The notes: generated by a model not told the origin, from the sequence alone. A DNA stretch of 64,000 nucleotides from Candidatus Bathyarchaeota archaeon (GCA_018396995.1 JAGTQB010000001.1:67584-131583), one strand, 5' to 3'; shown: positions 1 through 10,987, numbered from the stretch's first letter. Numbers and translations are program-made.

Positions 1-504
1 CATTTGCGGGTCCATGCCTGTTGTCGGCTCATCTAATATGAGCAATCTTGGCTCATTCATTAATGCGGCGGCAAGATTCAACCTCTTCTTCATCCCACCA
101 GAATAGATTTTCACTGGCTTATTCGCATACCCCTCCAACCCAACTCTCTTTATTAGCTCCCTAGCCTTCTCCAGCGCCCTCCTCCCGGTTATCCCATATA
201 GGCTAGAATAAAATATTAAATTCTCTAAACCAGTTAAATCGTCATATAGAGCGGGGTTCTGAGGGCAATAATTAATCTTAGCCCTAATCTCCGAATCCCT
301 CACTTCGCCACCAAGCACCTCAATAGTTCCCTCATCAGGCTCAATCACACCAGCAATCATCGAAATTAGGGTTGATTTTCCAGCACCGTTCGGCCCGAGA
401 AGTCCATAAACCTCGCCAAACCCAACATTAAAACTAACTTTATCTACTGCGGTTTTATCGCCAAATCTCTTTGTGAGCCCATTTACTCTAACAGCTACTC
501 TCAT
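1..504 (-). CDS. ABC transporter ATP-binding protein (DrrA/multidrug-type), runs off the left edge
   Basis: Manual translation from ATG at 504: MRVAVRVNGLTKRFGDKTAVDKVSF...GLLGPNGAGKST (Walker A), YSGGMKRRL signature, LLILDEPT Walker B; GGAGG upstream. Not in the ORF track. Confidence 0.93.
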   Translation of the reverse strand, partial: MRVAVRVNGLTKRFGDKTAVDKVSFNVGFGEVYGLLGPNGAGKSTLISMIAGVIEPDEGTIEVLGGEVRDSEIRAKINYCPQNPALYDDLTGLENLIFYSSLYGITGRRALEKARELIKRVGLEGYANKPVKIYSGGMKKRLNLAAALMNEPRLLILDEPTTGMDPQM

Positions 505-816
505 TACATTTTTCCTCCAAGCTTAACGTTAATGTCCGATCGCAAAATAAGCCTTCCCTTTAAATTAGCCCTCAATATTCTTTTTATGAGATTCATGAGG
601 TCAAAATTGGTCTTTAAAGCCACCCCAATTACTAATATCAGATAAGTACCCTGACGATTTGATGATGGAGGAACCGCATTAAAGACTGAGCGGCTATTAA
701 ATGGTTAAATATATGGAAGGTAAGGATAAGGGAACTAGTTCTCTAGAGAAATCGGAGTTTCACTTAATAAAGAGTAAAGAGAAACTTTTTTCTTCGTGAT
801 TAATTGCAGTTTCTAG

Positions 817-1422
817 TTATTCTGTGAGACCTATCTCCTTATAGATTTTTATTTTATTTTCTTCAACTTTTTTGGAGACATCCATGAATAAGTTATTTCC
901 ATGCGAATCTATGGCGACGGTAAGTGGACCGAAGTTTTCAGCCTCAAAGATCCATAGCGCCTCTGGCACCCCTAAGTCAAGCCACTCGACACCCTTAACG
1001 CTTTTTATAGCCTTTGCGGCTAGGACTGCTGCTCCTCCGGTGAGGGCTGCGTAGACGGCCCCGTACTTAGCCATGGCTTCAGTGGTCCTCTTACCCATAC
1101 CTCCCTTTCCAATGATAACCCTAACCTTAAAGTTTTTTATGAACTCGTCTTCAAAGAGATCCATACGCGTGCTTGTGGTTGGCCCAGCTGCGACAACCAC
1201 CCATTTATCCCCCTCCTTCTTGACAACTGGACCGCAGTGGAAAATTGCAAGCCCTTCAAGGTTTATTGGTAGGGCTTTCCCCTCCCTAAGGTATTCTAGG
1301 GCTTTCCTATGGGCTTGGTCGCGTGCAGTCACTATTGTCCCAGTTATGTATATCGTATCGTTTACCCTGAGCTTCCTAACCTCCTCCTCTGATATTGGCG
1401 TCTTAAGGTAGTAGACTCCCAC
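817..1422 (-). CDS. Class I Fe-S fumarate hydratase/tartrate dehydratase, beta subunit
   Basis: TARDQAH, GPTTSTRM and IGKGGM motifs; directly downstream of the alpha subunit. Confidence 0.93.
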   Translation of the reverse strand: MGVYYLKTPISEEEVRKLRVNDTIYITGTIVTARDQAHRKALEYLREGKALPINLEGLAIFHCGPVVKKEGDKWVVVAAGPTTSTRMDLFEDEFIKNFKVRVIIGKGGMGKRTTEAMAKYGAVYAALTGGAAVLAAKAIKSVKGVEWLDLGVPEALWIFEAENFGPLTVAIDSHGNNLFMDVSKKVEENKIKIYKEIGLTE

Positions 1423-1423
1423 T

Positions 1424-2308
1424 CTACTCCACCCCCCTATGCGTTAAATATTCAACACTTCCATCAGCATAAATCTTAGCCGAAGCTCTTCTAGCAGCCC
1501 AGCAGTTGAAGGCTACGGCGACGGGGAATGAAGCTGGATGCCTAAAGGCATAATCGATATGCACGCCTAAGACAGTTGTCCTCCCACCCAACCCCATTGG
1601 CCCAATGCCAAGCTTATTCGCAGCTTCATATAGTTCCCTCTCAAGTTTACTTAGGTTTGGGTCTGGGTTAGGTGTGTTAAGTGGTCTTAATAGAGCCTTT
1701 TTGGCGAGCTTTATGGCTATATCTACTCCACCCCCCATCCCCACACCCACTATTGTTGGGGGGCATGGTTGAGCTCCAGCCTCAACAATGGTTTCAATGA
1801 CAAACTTCTTTACACCTTTTATTCCTTCACCAGGAGGAATTGCCTTGGCGATGCACATGTTCTCTGAACCCCCTCCCTTCGGCATAACGGTTATTTCTAA
1901 TGTGTTTCCTGGAGCTATCTCCCAATTTATGTAGGGTATGAACCTCCCAGTGTTGTCGCCACTGTTCTTTTGGGTGAAAGGATCTACAGAGTTCGGCCTT
2001 AATGGGACTTCCTCAGTGGCCCTTCTCGTGGCGTTTATTAATGCTCTCTCAATTTTGTCCAAATCCTTAAACTCCGCGCCAGCGGTAATGTAGAAGAGGA
2101 TTGTGCCAGTATCTTGACATACTGGGTATCGATATTTCTCCGCGAGCTCTATGTTATCGAGGATAGCCCTCAACTGAGTCTTTGCAGCTTCACTAGTTTC
2201 CTCTTCATAAGCCTTCTTTAAGGAGGCCTTAACATCCTCCGGCAGATATATTACAGCTTGCCTTATAAGATTGAAGGCAACCTCCTCAACTACATCCACT
2301 ATGCCCAA
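1424..2308 (-). CDS. Class I Fe-S fumarate hydratase/tartrate dehydratase, alpha subunit
   Basis: [31 protein letters not shown] and NCWA motifs. Confidence 0.93.
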   Translation of the reverse strand: MGIVDVVEEVAFNLIRQAVIYLPEDVKASLKKAYEEETSEAAKTQLRAILDNIELAEKYRYPVCQDTGTILFYITAGAEFKDLDKIERALINATRRATEEVPLRPNSVDPFTQKNSGDNTGRFIPYINWEIAPGNTLEITVMPKGGGSENMCIAKAIPPGEGIKGVKKFVIETIVEAGAQPCPPTIVGVGMGGGVDIAIKLAKKALLRPLNTPNPDPNLSKLERELYEAANKLGIGPMGLGGRTTVLGVHIDYAFRHPASFPVAVAFNCWAARRASAKIYADGSVEYLTHRGVE

Positions 2309-2444
2309 CTTCCATCCAACCTACCAATGAAAATATTGGTATAACATTCGATTGCAACCGTATATATCTTTTCCGAAAATAGCGATATTAGCTCTCATAA
2401 CATATATATGTGAGGGGCTTTAACAATTTTCTTTAAGGCAATGT

Positions 2445-3830
2445 TTGGAGGAGCTCGTATTGGAGAAAGAGAAGTTAAGTGTTGAAGAGCTTTTGGCCAA
2501 GGCTAAAAAACCTTCCTTGCTCGCACCGCCCTTACACAGATTCTATGAGGGGAAGGTTCAGGTTATGCCGAAGTGCGCCATAACGAGCTTCGAGGACTTT
2601 GCAATATGGTATACGCCGGGCGTAGCTGCGCCATGCAGGGAGATCCAGGCGAATCCAGATAAATCATTTGAACTGACAAACCGCTGGAATTATGTTGCAG
2701 TTGTCTCAGATGGGACGAGAGTTCTCGGGCTTGGGGATATAGGGCCTGAGGCAGCCCTCCCAGTTATGGAGGGTAAAGCGCTTTTATTCAAATATCTTGG
2801 CGGAGTAGATGCATTTCCACTATGCCTTAAGACCAAGGATCCAGAGGAGCTTGTTAGGGCGCTAGAGCTTATAGAACCAACCTTCGGCGGAATAAACCTT
2901 GAGGATATTGAGAAGCCAAAGTGCTTTTATGTCCTGGAGAAGGCTAGGGAGCGCCTACAGATCCCAGTCTGGCATGATGATCAGCAAGGGACCGCCACCG
3001 TGATATTGGCTGGCTTAATAAATGCCTTTAAAGTTGTTGGCAAAAACATGAAAGAAAGCCTCATAACTCTCATAGGCGCTGGAGCTGCAAACATCCGAAC
3101 CGCATACGTCTTGATAAGGTGGGGGGTAAAGCCTGGAAACATCATAATGGTGGATTCAAAGGGCATATTATATCCGGGCAGGGAGGATATAAAGAAGGAG
3201 GACGACCCATGGAAGTATGAACTCACTCAGATAACGAATGCTGAGGGTAGGGTTGGCGGTATACCCGAAGCTATGAAGGGGGTGGATGCAATCGTAGGCT
3301 GCTCAAAGCCCGGTCCAGGGGTGATTAAAAAGGAGTGGATAAAGATGATGGCAGATAACCCAATAGTCTTCGCATGCGCGAATCCAATACCGGAGATATG
3401 GCCGTGGGAGGCTAAGGAGGCTGGAGCCAAAATTGTCGCAACTGGCAGGAGCGATTTTCCGAACCAAGTGAATAATAGCCTAGGTTTTCCGGGAATATTC
3501 CGCGGCGTCTTAGATGTTAGGGCGAAGACGATAACTGATGACATGTGCATAGCGGCTGCTGAGGAGCTAGCTAGGTTTGCTGAGGAGAGAGGGATACATG
3601 AAGATAACATTTTGCCAACAATGGAGGAGTGGGAGGTTTATCCGAGAGAGGCTGTTTCATGCGCCCTAAAGTCCATTGAGCAGGGTGTGGCAAGGATAAA
3701 GCTCAGCAGACAGGAGTTATATGAGAGGGCTGTGGCGATTATAAAGAATGCGAGGGAGAGCCTAGAAGCATTGATGAGACATGGGCTAATAAAGAGGCCG
3801 CCACCTGAAGAGGAGCTATTAAAGAAGTAG
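2445..3830 (+). CDS. NAD(P)-dependent malic enzyme
   Basis: YTPGVA, VLGLGDIG, NLEDI, HDDQQGT, GAGAA and NQVNN motifs. Confidence 0.95.
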   Translation: MEELVLEKEKLSVEELLAKAKKPSLLAPPLHRFYEGKVQVMPKCAITSFEDFAIWYTPGVAAPCREIQANPDKSFELTNRWNYVAVVSDGTRVLGLGDIGPEAALPVMEGKALLFKYLGGVDAFPLCLKTKDPEELVRALELIEPTFGGINLEDIEKPKCFYVLEKARERLQIPVWHDDQQGTATVILAGLINAFKVVGKNMKESLITLIGAGAANIRTAYVLIRWGVKPGNIIMVDSKGILYPGREDIKKEDDPWKYELTQITNAEGRVGGIPEAMKGVDAIVGCSKPGPGVIKKEWIKMMADNPIVFACANPIPEIWPWEAKEAGAKIVATGRSDFPNQVNNSLGFPGIFRGVLDVRAKTITDDMCIAAAEELARFAEERGIHEDNILPTMEEWEVYPREAVSCALKSIEQGVARIKLSRQELYERAVAIIKNARESLEALMRHGLIKRPPPEEELLKK

Positions 3831-3869
3831 AGCCCAATTCATTTTTCCCTCTTCTACCATCAATCAGGG

Positions 3870-4982
3870 TCATGTTAAGGTCAATGCGAGCAGCTCAGCA
3901 ATATCCATAACCCTAATTTTCTCTTCATTCCCAGTTGTCTTTACAGCATCCTCCATAGTGAGTAGACAAAAGGGACACGCCACCGCTAAAATCTCCGCTC
4001 CAGCCTCAACAGCCTCCTTAACTCTAATCTCTGCTAAGCGGGGTCCAGGGACATCAACCCACATTCTCCCACCACCCCCCTCACAGCATACACTTCTACT
4101 CCTTGAGCGGCTAAACTCCAGGAGCTTAACACCATTTATGCTTTCGATAACCTTTCGGGGCTCCTCAAAAATATTGTTCCGCTTGCCAAGGTAACATGGA
4201 TCATGGTAAATGACCACTTTATTAAGACTCTTTGCGGGAGAGATTTTCCCATTATCTATTAATTTTGCGAGGAACTGGGAGTGATGCCATACTTCTAAGT
4301 CCCTCTGCTTATACCTATTTTTGAAAGTGTCGAAGCCGTGCGGGCAATTAACTATGATCTGTCTAATCTCATACTTGTCAAACAGTTTTATGTTCTCCTC
4401 CATAAGATACTCAAAGAGACCCTTCTCACCCATACAATAGACTTCAGAGCCACAGCAATTCTCCTCCCCGCCAAGTATCCCAAAATCAATGTTTGCTAAG
4501 TTTAAGCATGCTACAAGGCTTCTTGCCACATTCTGAACCCTTGTATCATAGGATGTCGTGCACCCAACGTGGTAGAGTATATTAGCTCCCTGAGAAAAAT
4601 GCTTAACATTTAAATCTCGGCACCACTCAACGCGCTTTCCGCGTATTCTTCCCCACGGGTTTCCATTCATATACACGCTTTCTAGGGCATCCCTAATCGT
4701 CGGCGATACTTCCCCACTCTCAATAACAATGCTCCTAACGTCTATCAGGAACTCATATGGCTTCAACTGCCTCGGGCAGCGAATGCCGCATGTGGAGCAT
4801 GTTGTGCAGCTCCATAATTCGTTTGGTGGATGAATGGCGAGTCTGCCTAGGACGGAGACTTCACGCATATATTTCCTAACATTGAGACTTGTTTTCTTAG
4901 CGACTGGGCAACTTCCAGTACAGGTGCCACACTGAATACATTCTAGAAGACTATTCTTCTGAATAATTTCATGAAGGTTCAT
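3870..4982 (-). CDS. HdrD/GlpC-like Fe-S oxidoreductase (2x[4Fe-4S] plus two CCG domains)
   Basis: CIQCGTCTGSCP, CTTCSTCGIRCP, CCG, YHDPCYLG, CCEGGGG and ACPFC motifs. Confidence 0.9.
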   Translation of the reverse strand: MNLHEIIQKNSLLECIQCGTCTGSCPVAKKTSLNVRKYMREVSVLGRLAIHPPNELWSCTTCSTCGIRCPRQLKPYEFLIDVRSIVIESGEVSPTIRDALESVYMNGNPWGRIRGKRVEWCRDLNVKHFSQGANILYHVGCTTSYDTRVQNVARSLVACLNLANIDFGILGGEENCCGSEVYCMGEKGLFEYLMEENIKLFDKYEIRQIIVNCPHGFDTFKNRYKQRDLEVWHHSQFLAKLIDNGKISPAKSLNKVVIYHDPCYLGKRNNIFEEPRKVIESINGVKLLEFSRSRSRSVCCEGGGGRMWVDVPGPRLAEIRVKEAVEAGAEILAVACPFCLLTMEDAVKTTGNEEKIRVMDIAELLALTLT

Positions 4983-5062
4983 CTATTACCCCATGATGAG
5001 GATTTAAGAATTAAAAGTTGTAAAAATTTAAAAAGCTTCTGGCTGAGGCGGAATATAGGGAA

Positions 5063-6232
5063 CTACTTTTCCCTTATAAGTAGTGTAATGAACCCACATA
5101 GCACATTGGGCAAGACTATGGAGTAAAATAATGCATGGTCAATTGTTAATGGGGTTATTAAAGCCCCTGAAATGACTGGACCGACAGCTCCCCCAAAGAG
5201 CCCCAGTGTTTGTGTTAGGCCTGTAGCCGCCGAGATATTCTTCCCTGGAACAGCCTCCTGAACAATCGTCACCAATAGACTTCTATGTGGAGATATGAAT
5301 ATTCCAAGTAGAACTACGCAGATCGCGGATATAAGTGAATGGTTTATTAGGAGGGCAGCTGCAGCCACCACCGCGGCGGCCATACTAACATAAAATGTCG
5401 TCTTTCTCCTTCCAATTCTCTCAGAGATTCTCCCAAATACTGGAGGGCTCATTGCACCACCGATGAAGAAGAGTCCCAGGATTAGGCTTAATTCGATCGG
5501 ACCAATGCTCCTTGAGAGGAGCAGAGATGGGAGCCAGGCGGTTGTAGAGAAGTAGCCGAAGCTGCCCAGAAAAATGCTGGTACATGAGATCAAAATATTC
5601 TTCATTTTAAGCAGACTGAAGAATGTTGTAGGCTTTTCCTCAATTGACGGGGGAGAGTGTACCAACGGGATCTGTATGAGAAGGGCTATTATCTCAAGAA
5701 CCCCCATTATAATGAATGGGGTTCTCCAATTCCCAAGAGCTACAAAGGCGCCTACTAGATAAGACCCCATAAGCCCACCTATTTGATAGCTTGCTAGACC
5801 AAGCCCCACCCCAAACCCCCTGACATTCCTGAGCAGCTCACCCATAAGCGAATAATAGCTCGGAATTATCATGCTGGAACCCACGCCAGCCATCGTCAAC
5901 GAGACGACTAGCAGAGGATAATTTGGCGAAGAGCTGAAGGATAAGACCCCTGCGGCGAGAAGCAAGTAGCCCAATATTAGCACCCTCTTCCTGCCGATTC
6001 GGTCCGCCATTAACCCGGATGGCGTTAACAGAATGGCGCTTGATAAAAGGTTAATCGAGTATAGGATCCCCGCCTGAAACTCGCTTATCCTCATCTCCGA
6101 AATAATGCTTGGAAGGGCCATGCCAATACTCAATCTAAACATGGAGAAAGAGAGGTAGCTTAAGAAGAGGACAAGAACTGTCCTCTCATCAACACTATTT
6201 CTCCTCATATACGCGGTTGACGAAGTCTTCAT
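5063..6232 (-). CDS. MFS transporter
   Basis: About 12 hydrophobic segments; GLMADRIGRKR and GRISERIGRR MFS motif A. Confidence 0.9.
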   Translation of the reverse strand: MKTSSTAYMRRNSVDERTVLVLFLSYLSFSMFRLSIGMALPSIISEMRISEFQAGILYSINLLSSAILLTPSGLMADRIGRKRVLILGYLLLAAGVLSFSSSPNYPLLVVSLTMAGVGSSMIIPSYYSLMGELLRNVRGFGVGLGLASYQIGGLMGSYLVGAFVALGNWRTPFIIMGVLEIIALLIQIPLVHSPPSIEEKPTTFFSLLKMKNILISCTSIFLGSFGYFSTTAWLPSLLLSRSIGPIELSLILGLFFIGGAMSPPVFGRISERIGRRKTTFYVSMAAAVVAAAALLINHSLISAICVVLLGIFISPHRSLLVTIVQEAVPGKNISAATGLTQTLGLFGGAVGPVISGALITPLTIDHALFYSIVLPNVLCGFITLLIREK

Positions 6233-6303
6233 ACCCCATCAATTTAAGGGTGAGTAATGAAAATTATTGTCAAGGTTAAGTATATTATTTCAACGCTAAC
6301 CGA

Positions 6304-7188
6304 CTATAAACGGATTTTCTGTAGGCTGGTCACATAATTTTTTATGGAATTAACGTATAGTTCCTCACGCATGTATTCAGGCGAAATTAATTTTTCTAGG
6401 ATGGAAAGCCACGTCTTCGATGCAATTCTATCATAAAGTATGCCCTTTATCTTTACATCTATAGCTTTTTCTGGGCAAACCTCCCTACAAGCTCCGCAGT
6501 AAATGCAAAACTGCTCCTCAAGTTTGATATTGCCTCCCCTATCTAGGTATAAGGCTTTACTGGGGCATATCTCTACACATGCTTGACAACCTTTTGGACA
6601 ACGTTTCACATCTAATTGGAGCAGTCCTTGAAATGGCTTTGCAACAAATATTGCTCCTTGTGGACAGGCATACTCACACCTCCCACAGAAAATACATTTG
6701 CCACGATCCACCTGAACACTCAATATCCTTATTATCCTTCCATCCTTTTCCTCGGCTTTGATGCTTACAGCTTCAACTGGGCAGCTCTCTTTACAAGCAA
6801 GATCGCATGTGGGACTACACTTCCTCACATCAACGGTGACGTCTCTCAGAATATTCGGGAGCACTTCCTTTTCAACCGCCGGATTATACAATTCCCCATT
6901 TCTAGAAAGTCTTATCGCGTTTACTGGGCATAAATTAACGCAAACAGCGCAAAATGTGCATTCATTTATATTAATTGAAATTCCTCCCCTTTTTAAGAGC
7001 CTACCTTCATGCACCACAGCACTAAGGAGCTTTAGCGCCTCTTTATAGCATGCTTTTACACAGATGCCACAGCCGATACAACGCTTCTTATCAATCACCA
7101 GCTCGTCACATAAGCCTAACATCGTCCTTCTAGCAATAGTACATTCTTCCGATTCCAGTCTCCTCACTACTCTCCGCGCCATACCCAT
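6304..7188 (-). CDS. Polyferredoxin (FwdF/MvhB-like multi-[4Fe-4S] protein)
   Basis: Repeated CxxCxxCxxxCP-type motifs. Confidence 0.85.
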   Translation of the reverse strand: MGMARRVVRRLESEECTIARRTMLGLCDELVIDKKRCIGCGICVKACYKEALKLLSAVVHEGRLLKRGGISININECTFCAVCVNLCPVNAIRLSRNGELYNPAVEKEVLPNILRDVTVDVRKCSPTCDLACKESCPVEAVSIKAEEKDGRIIRILSVQVDRGKCIFCGRCEYACPQGAIFVAKPFQGLLQLDVKRCPKGCQACVEICPSKALYLDRGGNIKLEEQFCIYCGACREVCPEKAIDVKIKGILYDRIASKTWLSILEKLISPEYMREELYVNSIKNYVTSLQKIRL

Positions 7189-7292
7189 AATCGTTATTTC
7201 AAGAAATAATTATATTTTTCTTTCCGCTCCTCTAATATTTTATCTAAATTGTGGTGATGGAAAAGGCTGGGTGATGGTGGAGGGCGAGTTTT

Positions 7293-9272
7293 CTGGGAGG
7301 AGCCAATGCTGAGGGAGTTAGGATAGGCGTATATGTATGCCACTGCGGTGTAAATATTGCTGGTGTAATTAATGTAAAGAAAGTTACTGAGTACGCACGT
7401 AATCTCCCAAACGTTATTATAGCCAAGGATCACCTATACCTCTGTTCAGATGCAGGTCAAGCGCTAATTAAGCAGGATATAAAAGAGTATGGGTTAAACC
7501 GCGTGGTTGTCGCCGCCTGCTCACCAAATCTTCACGAACAAACTTTTCGCAAGTGTATAGAAGATGCTGGGTTAAATAAATACCTGCTTGCCATGGCAAA
7601 CATTAGAGAACACTGCTCATGGGTGCATGAAAGCTGGCCTAAAGAGGCGACTGAGAAGGCTATTGATGCTGTTAGGATGGCTGTGGCCCGCGCCAACCTG
7701 CTTGAGCCCCTAGAAACAATTAAAGTCCCCGTTAAGAGAAGTTGCCTAGTGATTGGCGGGGGGATAGCTGGTATCCAAGCAGCTTTAGACCTCGCGAATG
7801 AAGGATTTGATGTTTACTTAGTTGAGAAGGAGCCAAGCATCGGGGGCCTCATGGCAAAATTTGATAAAACTTTCCCAACAATGGATTGCTCAATGTGCAT
7901 ATTATCCCCAAAGATGGCTGAGGTAATGCACCACCCAAAGATCCACCTCTTAACAAATGCTGAAGTCAAGACGGTTTCAGGCTTCATCGGTAATTTTAAA
8001 GTTGAGATCGAGATAAAACCACGGTATATTATAAGCGAAATCTGCAATGGTTGTGGGGAGTGCGTTAAAGTATGTCCTATTGAGGTTCCAAGCGAATTTG
8101 ATGAGAGACTTGGGCCTAGAAAAGCTATATTCGTCCCATTTCCCCAAGCCGTTCCCCTAATCTACATTATTGACATCGAAAATTGCATTAAATGTTACAA
8201 ATGTGTTGACGCTTGCGTGCAAGCGCGCGGGGCTAAAGCAATAGATTTTGCTCAGGAGCCAAAGAGGATGGAGATTGAAGTTGGGACAATAATTGTGGCA
8301 ACTGGATGCAGCACATTTGACCCATCGATTTTAGAGGAATATGGTTATGGCACCTATGAAAACGTGGTTACCGCGCTAGAGTTTGAGAGAATCCTAGCCC
8401 CAACTGGGCCGACCAGGGGCGTGATTTTAAGGCCCTCGGATGGAAGGATCCCGAAGCGTATCGCGTTCGTCCAATGTGTTGGATCTAGGGATAAGAGGAC
8501 GAATATTTACTGTTCAAGGGTCTGCTGTATGTATGCCACAAAGCAGGCTCTGTTAATCAAGGAGAGAATCCCAGACGCTAAGGTGACGATCTTTTACATT
8601 GATATGAGAGCCTTTGGGAAGGGGTTTGAAGAGTTTTATGCTAGGGCTCAGAGTGAAGGAGTATACTATATTAGAGGTAAGGTTGCAGAAATCATTGAAG
8701 ATCCAGGCACTAAAAATTTGAAGCTAGTTGCTGAGGACACCTTGTCCGGGGAGGTAATTGAGACTGAAGCAGACTTAGTGATTTTATCTATTGGGCTTAT
8801 TCCGTCAGCGTCGACGAAAGATTTGCGTGAAAGGATAGGTTTGTTGGTTGGACCTGACGGCTTCTTTAAGGAGGCGCATCCAAAACTAAGGCCTGTTGAC
8901 ACGATTGTCGATGGAATATTTATTGCGGGGGCTGCTCAGGGTCCAAAAGATATCTCGGACAGCGTCGCCCAAGCCAGTGCTGCAGCACAGAGAGCGAGCA
9001 TCCTCATGTCTACCGGAGAATTTGAGACGGAAGCAATAACCGCTAGAGTTAATGGCGATTTATGTAGTGGCTGCCTAATATGTGTTTCCATGTGCCCATT
9101 CAATGCGTTGGTTGTCGAGGGTAAGAACGTAAATGTTAACCAAATTCTTTGTAAGGGTTGTGGGGCCTGCGCTGCAGCATGCCCAGCTAAAGCCATAGAA
9201 ATAATGCATTTCAAAGATCAGCAAATCCTCGTTGAAATTAAGGCTCTTTTGGAAAATGTATCAAGGTTATAG
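7293..9272 (+). CDS. hdrA: Heterodisulfide reductase subunit A-like flavoprotein; start inferred at CTG 7293
   Basis: The frame is open upstream of the tracked 7503 start and encodes the conserved N-terminus RIGVYVCHCGVNIAG...YLCS...VVVAACSP; also GGGIAG FAD site, TMDCSMC, CSRVCC and ferredoxin motifs. Start position is uncertain. Confidence 0.88.
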   Translation: MGGANAEGVRIGVYVCHCGVNIAGVINVKKVTEYARNLPNVIIAKDHLYLCSDAGQALIKQDIKEYGLNRVVVAACSPNLHEQTFRKCIEDAGLNKYLLAMANIREHCSWVHESWPKEATEKAIDAVRMAVARANLLEPLETIKVPVKRSCLVIGGGIAGIQAALDLANEGFDVYLVEKEPSIGGLMAKFDKTFPTMDCSMCILSPKMAEVMHHPKIHLLTNAEVKTVSGFIGNFKVEIEIKPRYIISEICNGCGECVKVCPIEVPSEFDERLGPRKAIFVPFPQAVPLIYIIDIENCIKCYKCVDACVQARGAKAIDFAQEPKRMEIEVGTIIVATGCSTFDPSILEEYGYGTYENVVTALEFERILAPTGPTRGVILRPSDGRIPKRIAFVQCVGSRDKRTNIYCSRVCCMYATKQALLIKERIPDAKVTIFYIDMRAFGKGFEEFYARAQSEGVYYIRGKVAEIIEDPGTKNLKLVAEDTLSGEVIETEADLVILSIGLIPSASTKDLRERIGLLVGPDGFFKEAHPKLRPVDTIVDGIFIAGAAQGPKDISDSVAQASAAAQRASILMSTGEFETEAITARVNGDLCSGCLICVSMCPFNALVVEGKNVNVNQILCKGCGACAAACPAKAIEIMHFKDQQILVEIKALLENVSRL

Positions 9273-9278
9273 AGAAAT

Positions 9279-9962
9279 TTATGTATGAGCCGCGCGCTTA
9301 AGAGGATACTTTTTGTCCATTTCCATATATTTCCAATAAAACTTCCTTATATGCTGGTCAACCCCCTCAAATAGGGAGGCTACATCTCTCGCCTTAAGGA
9401 TGGATAATAGTTTCTCTACTTTCATTAAGAGCTGCTCTATCGACGTTTTCCACATGCTCTCAGCTTCATCTTCAGAGACAAGGGATAGCGCCTCCGCAGG
9501 GCACAATTCTATACACCTGGGTTCCCCATTACATAGATCACATATTAGGGCCAGCGGTCTATCCGGATGTAGCGTAATTGCGCCGTAGGGACAGGCCATC
9601 GCGCACCACCCACATCGATCACACTTATCCTGGTCGCAAGAGATTAAGCCTACCTCATTTTGGAAGAGAGCATTCCTCGGACATGCCTTAACGCAGGGAG
9701 CGTTCTCACAGAATCTACAAGCTGTGACAACATTGAAGAAAGGCAAAATCCTCACCACATGGATTCTTGAGCGGAGTGGGCTAAGGGAATCCTCGCCTTT
9801 CTCTAGGACGCAAATAAGCTCACATAAACCACACCCAATACATTTACTTGGATCCACACCCACAAATTTCCTTGCACTTCCCTTAACATTAACGCCGCTG
9901 GACATTAAGTGTGGCACCCCATTTAAATCTGGAATAAGTTTGTTTTTGTTAGATTTCTCCAC
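9279..9962 (-). CDS. 4Fe-4S dicluster electron-transfer protein (DmsB/HydN-like)
   Basis: CIGCGLCELIC, CRFCENAPCVKACP, CDRCGWCAMACP and CDLC...CIELCP motifs. Confidence 0.85.
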   Translation of the reverse strand: MEKSNKNKLIPDLNGVPHLMSSGVNVKGSARKFVGVDPSKCIGCGLCELICVLEKGEDSLSPLRSRIHVVRILPFFNVVTACRFCENAPCVKACPRNALFQNEVGLISCDQDKCDRCGWCAMACPYGAITLHPDRPLALICDLCNGEPRCIELCPAEALSLVSEDEAESMWKTSIEQLLMKVEKLLSILKARDVASLFEGVDQHIRKFYWKYMEMDKKYPLKRAAHT

Positions 9963-9997
9963 CGCATAAAAGTAACCACTGTTAGAGCCAATTTATT

Positions 9998-10987
9998 TCA
10001 TTCCTTTCTAGCCCTTACCTCATCAATTTTCATTTTAAGCACTGGTATTATCTTGAATAAGTCTTCGACAACGCCATAATCTGAATAACCAAAGATGGGG
10101 GCTTTCGGATCCTTATTCACTGATATTACTAGCTCTGAGCCCCTCATCCCCAGAATATGTTGGAAAGAGCCGCTGATTCCAAGAGCAAGATATAGCTTTG
10201 GCTTAACAGTTTTCCCAGAGATCCCGACCTGTCGGTCACTTGGAAGCCAACCCTTATCCACAATTGGACGTGTGCAGGCTAGTACCCCACCCAACGATTT
10301 AGCCAGATCCTCGACTAACGGAATGTTACTTTTATCTTTTATTCCCCTTCCGATGGATACTATGATGTCAGCGGCAGTTATATCCACTCCCCCCGGCGGC
10401 GGTGGAACATACTTTATGAAGCGCTTCCTCAACACTACTCTTTCCATGGGAATTGATAACTCCTCTATTCTTCCACCCAATGGTGGAGAGGGCTTCTGGA
10501 CCATGAAGCTCCCCTGTCTCACAGTAACCATGTAGCTCTCGGACCTGCGGACCACAGCCCTAACATTAACCTTTCCACCATACATTTGCCGCGTAACTAT
10601 GAGTGAGTTGTTTTCAAAAGTTATGTCTATGCAGTCTGTGGCCAATGGAATATTTAGAGAAGCTGCTAGTCTAGGGGCGAGTTCAATGCCGTAAGATGTG
10701 TGCCCAATCAACGTTAATAATGGCTTTAGCTCCCTAATTACACGTGAAAGAACCTCCTGGTATAAGTCGGAATTAAAATGCTCAAATAATGGATTCTCAA
10801 CTAACAAAACTCTATTTGAATATTCTGCTAAAGTTGGTGCAAAACTTTTAACATCTTTACCCAGTACAATTGATATAACTTCGGCGCCAAGTTTACTGGA
10901 GAGATTAATGGCTTTAGTGAGCATCTCAAAGGTTATGTCTCTTAGCTGGCCCCCTCGATGCTCCGCCAAGACAAGTATTTCCACCAT
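9998..10987 (-). CDS. etfA: Electron transfer flavoprotein alpha subunit
   Basis: IGRGI, RPIVD, QVGISGKTVKP and GISGSFQH motifs. Confidence 0.95.
   Translation of the reverse strand: MVEILVLAEHRGGQLRDITFEMLTKAINLSSKLGAEVISIVLGKDVKSFAPTLAEYSNRVLLVENPLFEHFNSDLYQEVLSRVIRELKPLLTLIGHTSYGIELAPRLAASLNIPLATDCIDITFENNSLIVTRQMYGGKVNVRAVVRRSESYMVTVRQGSFMVQKPSPPLGGRIEELSIPMERVVLRKRFIKYVPPPPGGVDITAADIIVSIGRGIKDKSNIPLVEDLAKSLGGVLACTRPIVDKGWLPSDRQVGISGKTVKPKLYLALGISGSFQHILGMRGSELVISVNKDPKAPIFGYSDYGVVEDLFKIIPVLKMKIDEVRARKE

Noticed and set aside
7272..7274. Selenocysteine read-through of the TGA upstream of hdrA
   Set aside because: The TGA precedes the conserved region and does not align with a Cys; HdrA Cys positions use normal Cys codons.
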